Below, in pieces: positions 25,431 through 38,780 of a stretch of DNA of 64,000 nt. Where the stretch lies: assembly GCF_009914755.1 (NCBI RefSeq), contig NC_060941.1. One strand, written 5' to 3'. Under the pieces are notes generated by a model. It had not been told where the DNA came from, searched no databases, and was given only the letters and a program-made list of their open reading frames with translations. Position 1 is the stretch's first letter. Each line of letters starts with the position of its first letter. The translations under genes were made by a program, and so were the position numbers. Source of the stretch: the human T2T-CHM13v2.0 reference genome, Homo sapiens.

Positions 25431-27546
25431 CCTGAGGGTGGCCCAGGCACCACGGGGCAGGGAGCAGAGCTGGGTGCAGAACCAGACCTCACCTCTCTCT
25501 TGTTTTTTTCTGAGAGCTACCACACGCACCTGCAGGGCCAGGGGCTGCCTTGGAGAGCAGAATTACTTAAAACTGTGTCGTCCTTAGGTGTTTGTGGGGC
25601 ACCTGCTGAGTGCCTGGCTTCAGGCCGGGCATTGTGGGCACAGAAAGCCCCCAGGGTATTTACTCTCTGGTTCTGGAGACCCTGGGGCACCAGCAGTAGG
25701 ACAGACACCATACAGGGCACGATGTGGAGAGGGCAACAGAACACGTCCTAGACGTTAGGGGCTCCTCCCGGACGCCCTAAGGAGGCCTATCCCATAGGGT
25801 TGTCAGGAGAATCAGATGGGAAATACGCACAGGGCTCCCCGCACATCTGTCTCACCATAGACCTGAAATAAACAGCAACTCTTTTGCTTGGCATCTTGGA
25901 GAGGAGGTAGGATATGGTGATAAAGGGCCCAGATCCCAGAGTGAGTCAGGGTTTGAATCCAGGATCTGCCTCCTACTAGCTGTGGGGCCTTAAGCCAGTC
26001 ATTGCACCTCCTTTGAACCTCAGTTGCTTTCTCTGCAATATGGGGTTGTTAGCGATACCTGCTATGCAAGTTTGCTGGCAGGAGTCGCGATAAAGTATCT
26101 AAGTGCTTGCTTTGGAGCTGGCATAACATGTGTTCAATGCATGTAGTTATTCTCATCTGCTAACCCAAAAAATACGTGGTACATGGGGACAGGGGAGGGG
26201 ACCCAGAGTGAAGATGGGTCTCAGAGGAAGGGGGGCTTCGGTTCTTAATTCCCAGGGTTCCTCCTGCCCACTTCACCCCTCCCCCACACACCAAAGCACA
26301 GGCAAGAAAAGGACACAGATCCCCAAAGACTCCCTGAGGACATTTCAGGACACCCAGGCTCCCTTCCAGGGGCCGGACAGTCCGGCCAAGGCCATGTCAC
26401 CAGCTCATCATTAACATGCGATGGGGGAGGGATGCCCCGTACTCGCTTCCGGCCCTCAGCTCTGAAAAGCCTGATAACAAGTGCACATTGACGGCCCAGG
26501 TTCCCCAGGGCGAGCACGCTGTCCCTGCCTCGCATCTGAGCCTTCGCCCGAGACATTTTCTCGCTTCAGCAGTTTGGCATGTCATACAAAGGGGCTCTGA
26601 TTTTTCCTGATATCCAACTCCTCTTGCATGAAAAATGGCTTTGGTTGTCTTTCTGCCTGCGGATTCCTGAGCGTGAGTGGAGGCCAGATGCCTGGTGGGC
26701 AGAGTGTCCTCACTTGCTCAACCGTTTGGAGGATCTCCCGTCTTCTACCTTGTGGCCTGCGGCCTTGAGGTTCAGTCTCTGGGGGAGTTCCCTGCTGGCT
26801 GCAGGCCTGCCCCGCACCCTCCTTCCAGCCAACCCCCTTCCCTCACCCTGGTGGTTTCTGATGTGTCTCCAGTCTTCTTTGTGCTGCTGCCATTCGCACA
26901 GTCCCAGTCACCACACCCACACGGCCAACCTGAGGTTCCTTTTTGTGTGAGCATCCTCTGCAACCCAAACCCATTTTCCCCATTCCCCAGTGCCGCCTTC
27001 TCTTCCTCTCGTCCCTCTTTCTCTCCTTTCTTTCTTCCTTGTATTTCTAATTAATTCTTCCCCTTTTCCCTTTGAGTCTGCCATCTTTGTAAACCACGCA
27101 AGCCCTCTCCTGCTTCCTGTTCAAGTCAGTCTTTTGAGAGTTCTTGAAGCATTTCCTAGATAAAAATGTATTATTTTAACTGTGATTATTAGGAGGGTTA
27201 TTAAACATGAAGAGAATTCTATTAAATGGCAAATTGAGTGAGCCAAAAACCCACAGATGTGGAACCTTTGAAGATCATCTGGTACGAAACAGATGTGACT
27301 GTACCAGTGGCTGCTTTATCAAGCTGGGAACAAATATTGGAAGGAAATTCACCAAAATGTTAAACTGATGGTCATGGGAATGAGGAGTGACTTATCTGAT
27401 CTCCTTCTTTTTTCGAACTTCTGTGATGCAGAGAGGAAAAAATATAAACCCGATATTTAGATGAAAAGCATCCCAAGCCCAGTCTCCAGACAGATGAATG
27501 GGTGTGTATGCCGATTTGACACGGCCGGTGTTTGTTCTTTTCATGC

Positions 27547-27928
<382 letters not shown>

Positions 27929-28422
27929 TTATTACAGGCCACTTCTGACTTATAACCAAATTGATTCCTGGATCAAAGCCTTTGCAAGCCAACCACAGTT
28001 GAATCTTTATTTCCTGTCAGCACAATTTCCACATTGGGCTTCCATCCCTAGAAATCCATCTCCTACAATAAAAGTGCTAAAACTGACCATGAAAGTAAGT
28101 GAGAAGGAAATAAAACCCAGATCTATGCTTTTACAAACCTTTATCACATGTGTAAACCTAAGTACTTAATCGGAAAGCTGTGTCGTGAGAGGCCCCTCAG
28201 GGAGAATTTTTCTGCCTGAGTCAGATGGCTCAAGATTTCTTAATATGTGACTCCGATGAAGTTTGAGCAGAAGACGCTTGCTTTTTTAAATTATTTCCCT
28301 AGGAAACTGTCCTGTGGCAAGCTTAAGCAGGCTTCATTGCACCAAAAATCTTCAAACTCTTTAAAATAAAAGATTCTTTTACCTCAAAAATTTTCCATTG
28401 ACAATTCCCTTTGTGTAAATTC

Positions 28423-28719
28423 TTTTTTTTTTTTTTTTTTTGAGACTGAGTTTCACTCTATTGCCCAGGTTGGAGTGCAGTGGCACAATCTCATCTCCCT
28501 GCAACCTTCACTGGGTTCAAGCAATTCTCCTGCCTCAGCCTCCTGAGTAGCTGGAATTACAGGCGTGCACCACCACACCTGGCTAATGTTTGTATTTTCA
28601 GTAGAGACAGGGTTTCACCATGTTGGCCAGGCTGGTCTCAAACTCCTGACCTCAGGCAATCCGCCTGCCTCAGCCTCCCAAAGTCCTGGGATTACAGGCG
28701 TGAGCCACCGCACCCGGCC
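28423..28719 (-). mobile_element. Alu (AluS-type)
   Basis: Alu consensus with poly(T). Confidence 0.92.
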
Positions 28720-29746
28720 TTGTTAGAAACATCTTTGCATTTCTTCCAGAGGTTCCTCTAAAAGAACAAAAAAAAGAAAAAGTAAATAAAAAGAAAAAAA
28801 TCTTTGCATGGTGAATACTGGAGGAAAGGCAGTTTCCAATGTGACTCGTGCGACCCTGAAACAATCCCTCACTCTTTGTGGCAGTGAGTCAGTTGACCCT
28901 TCAAATGTCCATCAATGCAGAGACACAAGCTTCCCCTTGTGTCTTTGTTGCCAGGTGCTCAGAATGTTACCTTCTGTTCTTAGCAAGAGTTTCAGTTAAG
29001 GCAGAAGCGCGAGGGAATATGGAAGGAGATGCTGATCAAGTCCAGCATCCTCCAGCTGAGATTCCCAGTACTAGGACTACAAAATTATCCCTCAGTTCTA
29101 ATCAAATTTGCTACCTTCAGTAGTAATGTCTGTTCCTTTCTTCTTGCTCAGTCTTTCCTATAGCTGAAAACAAAGCAATCATCTTCGACCCTTAATAGCC
29201 CTTCATATTCTTGCAAGCAGTTTTTTTGGGTTCTTCTTTGGTCTACCCATCTCTGGAGGAAAGGGAAGGAAATTTACCTGGTTTTTTGTTTTGAAACCTA
29301 GTTGCTTTCTCTAGACTGTGGCTTGAAACATACAAGCCTTTGTGCAAAGCACTGGGTCAGGGTTGGGGGTGCTGGGGCCGAGAGAACCACAGGAGACCCA
29401 CTCTGTTTGTCACCAGTGGCCTCTTGAGCCGCCCGTGAGTAGGACGGTGCTCAGGCGAGCCCGGCAAGGTCCCCTCCGCCCTAGCTGCTTATCCATTCAA
29501 CACCCTCCTGCTGGCTCCTCTGTTTAGAGTCCAGAATTATGAATAGTTTAAAAAATAAGAGCAAATGCCTGCTGAGCCCTTGCTATGCACCAAGCACATT
29601 AGGTATTATCTCAAGAACTTTCCATATGTTATCTCAACTTATCTTTGTAACAGCTATAATTTCACACTAGTTAATTACTTAACTATGATTTAATCAGATT
29701 TCAGGTATATTATTGCAGAAAGAGAGCTAACTCTTATAAAAAAAAA

Positions 29747-30654
29747 TTTTTAGAGATACGGTCTCACTCTGTCACACAGGCTAGAGTGCAGTGGTGGGAT
29801 CATAGTGTGTCCAGAGTTGATTCATTCTGATAGGTTTATGGGCTCGCTGACCTCAAGAATGAAGCCATGGACGTTTGCGGTGAGTGTTACAGCTCTTAAA
29901 GGTGGCACGGACCCAAAGAGTGAGCAGCAGCTAGATTTACTGTGAAGAGTGAAAGAACAAGCTTCCACGAGTGGGAGGAGACCCAAGCGGATTGCCGCTG
30001 CTGGCTAGGGTGGCCAGCTTTTATTCCTTTATTTGTCCCCGCCCATGTCCTGCTGATTGGTCCGTTTTACAGCATGCTGATTGGTCCATTTTACAGTGTT
30101 GATTGGTTCATTTTACAGAGTGCTGATTGATCTATTTTACAGAGTGCTGACTGGTCCATTTTACAAACCTCTAGCTAGCCACAGAGTGCTGATTGGTGTG
30201 TTTCTACAGAGTACCAATTGGCGCATTTTACAAACCTGTAGCTAGCCACAGAGCGCTGATTGGTGCATTTTACAAACCTCTAGCTAGCTACAGGGCGTTG
30301 ATTGGCGTGTTTACAATCGTAGCTACAGAGTGCTGATTGGTGCATTTTACAATCCTCTTGTAAGACAGAAAAGTTCTCCAAGTCCCCACTCAACCCAGGA
30401 AGTCCAGCTGGCTTCACCTCTCAATAGCTCACTGTGGCTTTGAATTCCAGGGCTCAAGCAATCCTCCCACCTCAGCCTCTTGAGTATCTGGGACTGCAGA
30501 CGTGCACCACCATGCCCATCTAATTTTAATTTGTTTATAGAGATGAGGTCTTGCTCTGTTGCCCAGGCTGGCTTCAAACTCCTGGGCTCAAGTGATCCTC
30601 CTGCTTCAGCCTCCCAAGTAGCTGGATTTACAGGCACAAGCCACCATGCTTGGC
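29747..30654 (-). mobile_element. AluJ split by an LTR12 insertion
   Basis: Alu sequence ...GTGGTGGGATCATAG stops at 29805 and resumes as ATAGCTCACTGTGG at 30424; GGGCTCAAGCAATCCTCCC is AluJ-like. Confidence 0.88.
29806..30423 (-). mobile_element. LTR12-family (ERV9/HERV-9) solo LTR, 618 bp
   Basis: TG...CA termini and 4-bp TSD ATAG (29802-29805, 30424-30427). The minus strand starts TGAGAGGTGAAGCCAGCTGG...GGGGACTTGGAGAACTTTTCTGTC and carries tandem CCAATCAGC repeats typical of LTR12. Confidence 0.93.
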
Positions 30655-30699
30655 TATGAGAGCAAACTCTACTGTGGTTCCTATTAGGTGCCAGGGATT

Positions 30700-30900
30700 G
30701 CCCTGTGCACTTTATATAGATTAACTTGCTTAATCCTCCGCCAGCCTGTGAGGCAGGTGCTAGCACTACTTCCATGGTGTAGATGCAGAAACTGAGGCAC
30801 GGGGAAGTTAAGCAGCTTGCCCAAGGCCCCGGAGCCAACAAGTGGTGAAGTCAGAATTGAAACCCAGGCTGTCTGGCTTCAGATTCCATTCTCTTCATTC
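30700..30900. mobile_element. MIR
   Basis: AGATGCAGAAACTGAGGCAC...GTTAAGCAGCTTGCCCAAGG...GAAACCCAGGCTGTCTGGCT. Confidence 0.78.
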
Positions 30901-31896
30901 GGCTATACCTCTTCCCAGTTGATAACAGTGGTAGCTATGACATGAAAATCTCTGCAGGCACTTTGCAGAGTTCACTTCCTCCTCACAATGCAGCATGGAT
31001 GGCACTCCCCTTGTGGGAGACTCACCAGCCTGTGACACCCCCCAGCACCTGCACCCAGGTCTCCAGCCCCAAAGCCCCTGGCAAGATCTTTCTCAGCCCC
31101 ATGCTAAAAACAGTCACATGCCTGCTGCACGCTGGGGAAAAGGCGAGGTTGTGGGGTGGCTCAGTGTCCTGCGAATATCCAAAATAACCCATGGTGACCC
31201 CAGGAATCTGGGGCCACAGTGAAGGCTACCCAGGCTGGAGGAGGAGTTTAGATGGGAAGAGAGCAGGACCCGCCCCTCAGGTGTGTCCCCGTGGTTGCCA
31301 GATGCTGGCTGTGGGCTGGGCTGGCACAGCAGGCTTCTTGGAGGAGGTGGGCACAGCGTCGTGACCAGAACAACGCACGATGCCAGGCCCCAGGTCTGAC
31401 TCATGCAGTCTAAAGAGAAAGGATTCTGCTGTCAGACTGAGGGCGGCTCTTCAGATGGGGCACTCTCCGCAAAGAAGGTGAAAATCATTCTGCTCGAGAC
31501 AGATCCTTTAAGAAGACATTAACCATGCACTTCAAAGCCCTGGAACCCATGTTTTGCAGGGGCTGCCACCCACTGGCACACTTTCACACCCAGGTTCTGG
31601 TTGTTGGCATTCACGTGGTGACTCCCAGCTCGCACAAAGCAGATAGAAAAACAGGCTGATCATACTGTGTGTTTCCATTCATACCCTGTTCAAAAGCAGG
31701 CAAAACGAATGCAAGGCAGCGGAGCTCAGCACAGTGGCTCCCTTTGTGGGCTGTTGTCTGGGAGGGTGCAAGGTGTGTGAACAATGTTCTATATTTTGAT
31801 CAGGGTGCTGGTTATACGGGTGTAGACACATGTTCATCTAACTGCACCCTTAGGATTACTCTCTGTAGATTATCTTCAGTAAAAATTAAAAATAGT

Positions 31897-32193
31897 AGCC
31901 AGCTGCAATGGCTTGAACCTGTAATCCTAGCACTTTGGGAAGCCAAGGCAGGAGGATCACTAGAGGCCAGGAGTTCAAGACCAGGCTGGCAACATAATGA
32001 GACCCCGTTTCTAACAACAACAAAAAATTAATTAGCTGGACATGGTGGTGCACACCTTTAGCCCTAGCTACACAGGAGGCTGAGGTGGGAGGATTGCCTG
32101 AGCCCTGGAGTTTGAGGCTGCAGTGAGCCACCACTGCACTCCAGCTCTGGGCAATAAGCAAGACCCTGTCTCAAAACAAAAACAAAAAACAAA
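31897..32193 (+). mobile_element. AluJ-like element
   Basis: Diverged Alu consensus (GGAGGATTGCCTGAGCCC...GAGGCTGCAGTGAGC) with A-rich tail. Confidence 0.88.
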
Positions 32194-34494
32194 TATAGGT
32201 CTGGGATGACAAAGACTCACAGATGGCCTGCCACCAGCCTGCACCCGCCCCCATTCATCCCCAACTGCTGGCCTGTATTTTCTTCAGTCCTAGGTGATCC
32301 AGCAAATACTAGTCGAGAATGTGTGTGCCTAGCCCTGTGCTATGTTCTGGGGACTCGTTCATTCATTCATTCAGCACTTATTTTTGCACCCAGCCTCTTG
32401 GGAACAGGGTTTGACCTTCTGGAGGAGAAAGATACTCCTGTATCTGCAGATTCTGAGACTCGGAGCTGTTCAGAATGACATGACCTCCCACTTGTTCCTG
32501 CCTCGCCATCTGCTTGTGCTGTCTCTCATGGGATCCTCATAACCCCACAGGAAGGTGGGTTCTGTCACCCTGGATTCTTCACCCAGAAGGCGAAGCAGCA
32601 GGGGCAGAGTTTGACTTGAACCCGAGCCTGAGTTTAGCCTCGAGCCTGAGCCTGCCTCAGGGTCCCCAGGGTTACCAGGCTGGGAGTCTGTGCTGACAAC
32701 AAGCCCAGTGTCATTCTGCTCACCTCGACCTCATCCTTGGGGAAATGCCCCACTGAGCTGAGCACACCAGCTCAACGAGACCAGACCAAAGGGTGGCAGG
32801 GGACTGACATGGTTGGGGTGAGGAGGGTCTGACCCAAGGGCAAAGAATGGCCTTGCTTCTCTGAGACCGTCCTCTCTCCCAGCCTGGGCAGCTGTGATCG
32901 GGAGATACTGCCTGGTACCCTGCTCTGGGGGGCTCCCACCACCCGCCCTCATCCTGCCTTATCTGTTTCCAACTCCCTACCTGCATTTTCTTAGTCTCTA
33001 TTCAAATCCAGAAAATGCTCATTGAGGATTTGAAAACTAAATCCCAGGCTGAGTCCTGGGCACTCCCAGATTCATTCATTCATTCATTCAGCAAATATTA
33101 ATATTGAGTGTCTGCTACTGCTCAAGCAGCATTCGAAGTGATAGGGAAAGTTTTCTTCATAGCAGAGAATAAAACAGACAGCAATTCAGTAATGAGTCTA
33201 TTGTCCAAGAGAGACAAACAAAAAGCAAGAAAAGAAAGGAGTGTCAGGGTGAGGCTTGTGATGTTAGAGTGTCATTTGTCTTAGTGCACTCAATTCCAGG
33301 GAGGCTTGGCCTCTATCAGCCTGGGAAAGTCCCGGGGGGCTTCCCAGAGGAGGCAACATTACTCTTGTCTTGCAGAATGCGTAAGAGTTCCCCAGGCAGG
33401 GGAATATACAGAGGCACACGTCTTCCTTCCTGAATGCACACATGCAGTCTCCTATTCATTCTTTATTCATCCAGCAGACATTTTATGGAGCACCCAGATG
33501 AAAAGTAGAATCCTGTCCTGTTCCTCAAAGAAATCAGCGTCCAGTGGGAGAAGGGAGACAGAGGGACGGCCATCTGTTACGATTCTGTGTGGAAATGCGT
33601 TAAGTGCACGTCCAAGGAGTGGCAGTAGCACAGAGTGGGAAGAGGAAGGTCCTTGGAGGCAAGGGATGTGGTCAGGGAAGTTTCTAGATGGTAAGTCATG
33701 TGAGCCAGTTTAGGAAGATGAACACAAGTTTGTTTAAAAAAGGAAAAAAAAAAGAAGAAGAAGAAGAAGAAGAGGGTTCCAGACAGAACACAGGCAAAGT
33801 TCCAGAAACATCATGCCTGCTCCGGGGCATTCCATAGTTACCCAGTGCCTACCAGGGGCCCCCGGCCCTGAGCCAGCTCCTGGGATGCATGGGACAGAGG
33901 GATTGTTCCCGGATGCCTAAGAAATCTGGTACTATCGAAACAGAAAGCCTCTTATGAGAGGAGGCCAGAAGCTGGGGACAGGGAGGTAGGAGAACAGAAG
34001 CAAAAGGGCCCTTCGCTCCATCATACCTGCTTAGGAGCCTGCCTCTGGCCCTCCTGGCCCAGCCGTGTGGGTTGAGGGTCTCACCAAGGGGACATTCAGA
34101 GCTGATGTGTGTCTGGAGAGCTCATGTGGCTTCTCCTATGCAGGACGGAGCGGAGGGAGCAAGGCTAGGGCAGGGGCACTTGTTGGGGAAACACTGGAAA
34201 ATTCCAGCCCGGGGGGATGAGTCCTGAATTAGGACAGTGGAATGGAGGAGATGGTGGATTTGAAGGAGATGGTGCCTTGGAAATAGACTGGATGCAAGAA
34301 TGAGAGCCCATTATGGGGAAGGGTGATGTCACTGAGCAAGACAGGACACACAGGAAGAGCAGAAGACATATGAGTGAGGCGGATAAGTCCAGCTCCAGGG
34401 GGAGGGCACAGATCGCTTGGAGCAGATGGTACAAGGCTTGCGTCTTAACTAATGTCTTCACTCTTTAACTATCTCCAATTTACAGAGAGAATTT

Positions 34495-34795
34495 AGCTTC
34501 CAGTGGTTGCTGGCAATCTTTGGTGTCCCTTGGCTTTGTAGAAGCATCACCTTCGTCTCCGCCTTCTCTTCACATGGCGTTTTCCCTGGGTGCATGTGTC
34601 TCTGTCCAAATTTCTCTTTTTATAAGAACACCAGTCATACTGGATTAGGGTCTACCCTAATGACATCATCCTTAACTATACTACATCTGTAATGACTTTA
34701 TTTCAAAATGAGGCCACATTCTGAGATACTGGGGGTTAGGACTTACATGAATGGATTTGGTGTGGGGAGGGGACACAGTCAATTCTTAACAGCCA
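34495..34795 (-). mobile_element. MLT1C-like MaLR LTR fragment
   Basis: GGTTGCTGGCAATCTTTGGTGTCCCTTGGC...CAGTCATACTGGATTAGGG...CACATTCTGAGATACTGGGGGTTAGGACT. Confidence 0.75.
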
Positions 34796-34797
34796 CA

Positions 34798-34950
34798 TCT
34801 TGAGTGATTCCATTTATACGAAATATCCAGTGTATTTACAGAAAAAAGACAGCAGATTCGTGGTTGCCAGGGGCTGAGGGGAGAGGGGAATGGGATTGAC
34901 TGCTTAATGAGTACAGGGTTTCCATTTGGGGTGATGAAAATTTTCTGAAA
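34798..34950 (+). mobile_element. Old L1M 3'-UTR fragment
   Basis: TGATTCCATTTATACGAAATATCCAG...GTGGTTGCCAGGGGCTG...GGGTTTCCATTTGGGGTGATGAAAAT. Confidence 0.75.
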
Positions 34951-35834
34951 CAAGGAAACAGGCTCAGAAAGATTAGGTAACTTGCCTGAGGTCACACAGC
35001 TGCTAAGTGGTTAAGATGGGATTTGTTCCAAAGTTTGTATTCTTTCTATTGCAATTGGGTTCAAGTGGAGGTTTCTTCTTGGACAAATTATTTAGATTCC
35101 CAGACCCTCATTTCCTTATCTACACAATAGAGTCAACATATCACCCTTATCCTCTACCCATGTGAGAATTCACAGAACTCACCTAGTGAGAGTCACTGGT
35201 ACATTCTGAATGCTTACTAAATGGTCATTATCATTACTCTCTCAGTCAGGGTCCATCCAGGAAAACAGAAACCACTCTGTGTCTTTCAGACAGAGGAAAT
35301 TTAATAGAGGGAGTTGATCACTCGGGTGATGGAAGAGCTGAGAAGCCAAACAGGAGAAGCATCAGGCACTGAGATGTGGGGCTGCAGGAAGCCCCTTTCA
35401 GAGAGAAAATGAGAGAGTGGTTTTACCGGAGGAGGTTGGGACCACAGAGGGAGGGGCTTTCCAGAAGTAACTAGACCCCCAGAGGAGATGCAGCAGCTGC
35501 AGAAACACTGTCCAAGGAAGAGGGGGCGAAATACCCTGACTTTCCCCTTTTGACGGCCCTCTTTTCCATCAGAGCCTCCTACTGACCAAACCTACCCAGA
35601 AGCCAAGGGCAAGGGAGCCTGGGAAGCATGGTTCCTGGGATAAAGAAGCGATCTCAGCGGTGCATTCAGCTGGTGAGCAGAGCTTACTGTTGGTCTCTGT
35701 GTGCCGGTTCATGCACGATGTTGGCATGCTCGAGACTGGGCATGGTCCCAGTGTGTGCATACTCTAGGTATGCACCCAGGAAAGGAGGCAGAGTGGGAGC
35801 CCTTGAGAGTGTGCTTTATGGCTATACATCCTTT

Positions 35835-35835
<1 letters not shown>

Positions 35836-35867
<32 letters not shown>

Positions 35868-35883
35868 CACACACACACACACA
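35836..35883. repeat. (TG)10(TA)6(CA)8 compound microsatellite
   Basis: Read directly from the sequence. Confidence 0.95.
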
Positions 35884-36551
35884 TGCAACTGCACACAGTG
35901 TGGTCACAGAGCTACCACCCTGATAGCACCCAGCTTGGCTGCATGAATCCCCGTGTACTGCACCTGGGAGCATGTGAGGCCATCACACAGCGTCTGCAGT
36001 TCCATCTGCCTGGAGCTCATCCTGTCCTGTTGCCATGGCGGGAAGACCCAGGCTGGAGCACACGCATCAAGGCTCAGCGCTGTCTGCTCCAGGGTGTCCT
36101 GTGACTCGGCCAGTCCGGTCATCAGAACTATTGTGTGCATGTATCTCATCTCCAAACAGCCGCCGGCAAGCAGGAGAGGAAAAGGCCCTTGAATCTGCGG
36201 CACCAGCTTTTCTTTGAAGTGAGGAAGCAGAGTTTCTGTTTTTCTTGGAAATCCAGCTCCATCATGAGGGATGTTGCTGCATCTGCCTCTTGGCTCCGCG
36301 TGTCTGCCTGGCCTCCTGCAGGGCCTCCCCGCCCATCCCCATCACTTGCCCCCTCGCCTCGCCTCACCTCAGTAATGCATCCGGCCCTTGGATCTGTCAC
36401 CAGTCGGTTGCAACAGAGCAGCTCATGGTCTCTGCTGCTCTCCAGAGGCTCTAAGGAGATATGGGACGTCAGAGGGGTCTCTTTGCCTCTCTTAGACCAG
36501 AATCTTCCTGAAATTTCTTGGTGGGGGCTTCCCATTTCTAGTTCTATCTTA

Positions 36552-36882
<331 letters not shown>

Positions 36883-36958
36883 GGCAAGAGAGTTAAATGA
36901 GAAGAGAAACAGAAGCTGCTAAGAGCTTTTTATTCCCGGCATCTTTAGCTTCAGGGAG

Positions 36959-37396
36959 AATTATGGATGGAACTGTGTCCCCTAAAAAGATATGTCAAAG
37001 CCCTGATGCCTGGAACCTGGGAATCTGACCTTATTTGGAAATAGAGTCTTTTTGGATGTCATCAAGTTAAGATGAGGTCATACTCCATTAGAATAGGCCT
37101 TCGTTTAATAGACTGGGTTCTTATAAAAAAAAAAGGAGAAGAGACAGACACAGACGGAGAAGGACACAGAAGATGGAGGCAGAGATTGCAGTGATGCAGC
37201 TACAAGCCAGGGAATGTTCGGGGTTGCCAGCAAACACCAGGAGCTAAGAGAAAAGCATGGGGCAGATCCTTCCTAGATCCTTCAGAGAGAGCATGGCCCC
37301 ACTGACACTTTGATGTTGGACTTCTAGCCCCCAGAACCATTCGAGGATAAACTTCTGTTGTTTTAAGCCAGCTCGTTTGTGGTACATTGTCATGGC
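36959..37396 (+). mobile_element. MLT1C-like MaLR solo LTR
   Basis: TTATGG...GACCTTATTTGGAAATAG...CAAGTTAAGATGAGGTCATAC...CTACAAGCCAGGGAATG...AACCAATACA. Confidence 0.82.
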
Positions 37397-37784
37397 AGCC
37401 CCAGAAAACCAATACAAGGAGATTAATTCAGCCTTGCAAATAACTGCCGAATTAACCACGCTTCCGAAGTGTTTCCCATGCTGCTCTCCAAGAGGGGGTA
37501 GCCTCAAATAAAAGAAAGTTGATTTTGTTAGCAACGGTGTGTTGAGAACTCCCTTTGTAGGCTAAGAACATGTATGTGTCACCTCCCTGAACCGCCCACC
37601 AACCTCCCAATGTGGGTACTGTTCCTTTCCTGATTGACAGTGGAGGAAACTGAGTCTCGGATGAAACACTTTTGTCGAAGCAACATGAAAATTTTTTCTT
37701 TCTTTCTGGGTCAGTGACTATTTCCAAGGCTGGACTGGGGTCCTGAAGGCAAAATGAGCGACTTTGGGTGAAAAATACATTCAT

Positions 37785-38312
37785 TTTCTTTGTGCTTCTT
37801 AACAAATTGACAAAACTTAGTGGCTGAAAACAACACAGATTTATTATCTCCCAGTCTCTGTGGACTGGGAGTCTGGACACACTTAGCCGCATCCGCTGCT
37901 TAAGTCTTCAAGGATGCAATTGAGATATTTGCCAGGCGGCTTCCCTTTCTTAGCTTGGGGACCTCTTGCATGCTCACTGGTTGTTGGCAGAATTGACCCG
38001 GTTGTGGTTATGAGACAAAGACTGCCATTCTCTTGCTAGCCATCAGCCAGGACTTCTCAGCTCCTGGGAACTACCCACAGTCCTTGCCACGTGGCCCCCT
38101 TGGCAGTTCACTGCATGGCTATTTGTTTTTTTCCAGGCCAACAGGAACATCTCTGATTTCTTCCCCTCCAATCTGCCACAACAGAGTCTTATATTACGTA
38201 ATTGAATCATCATATTCACAGGTTCCTCCAACACTCAAGGGGAGGATGTTATACAGGGGCACACAGCAGCGGGTGGGTATCTTTCGGGCCATCTTAGAAC
38301 TCTGCCTACCAC
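37785..38312 (-). mobile_element. Old MLT1 (E/F-like) MaLR LTR
   Basis: AAACTTAGTGGCTGAAAACAACACAGATTTATTATCTC...GGGCCATCTTAGAACTCTGCCTACCACA. Confidence 0.7.
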
Positions 38313-38442
38313 AGATGGAAGGGGCTTTGGTGCAAAGGGTGGTCTCCGGTCAGATGAACTTGACTTTGATTTCTGGTTCTGTCCCTCACTAGGGGTGGAG
38401 AGTTGATCTTACGAAATTTTCTTCTGCACTCTTTAAATCTAA

Positions 38443-38780
<338 letters not shown>

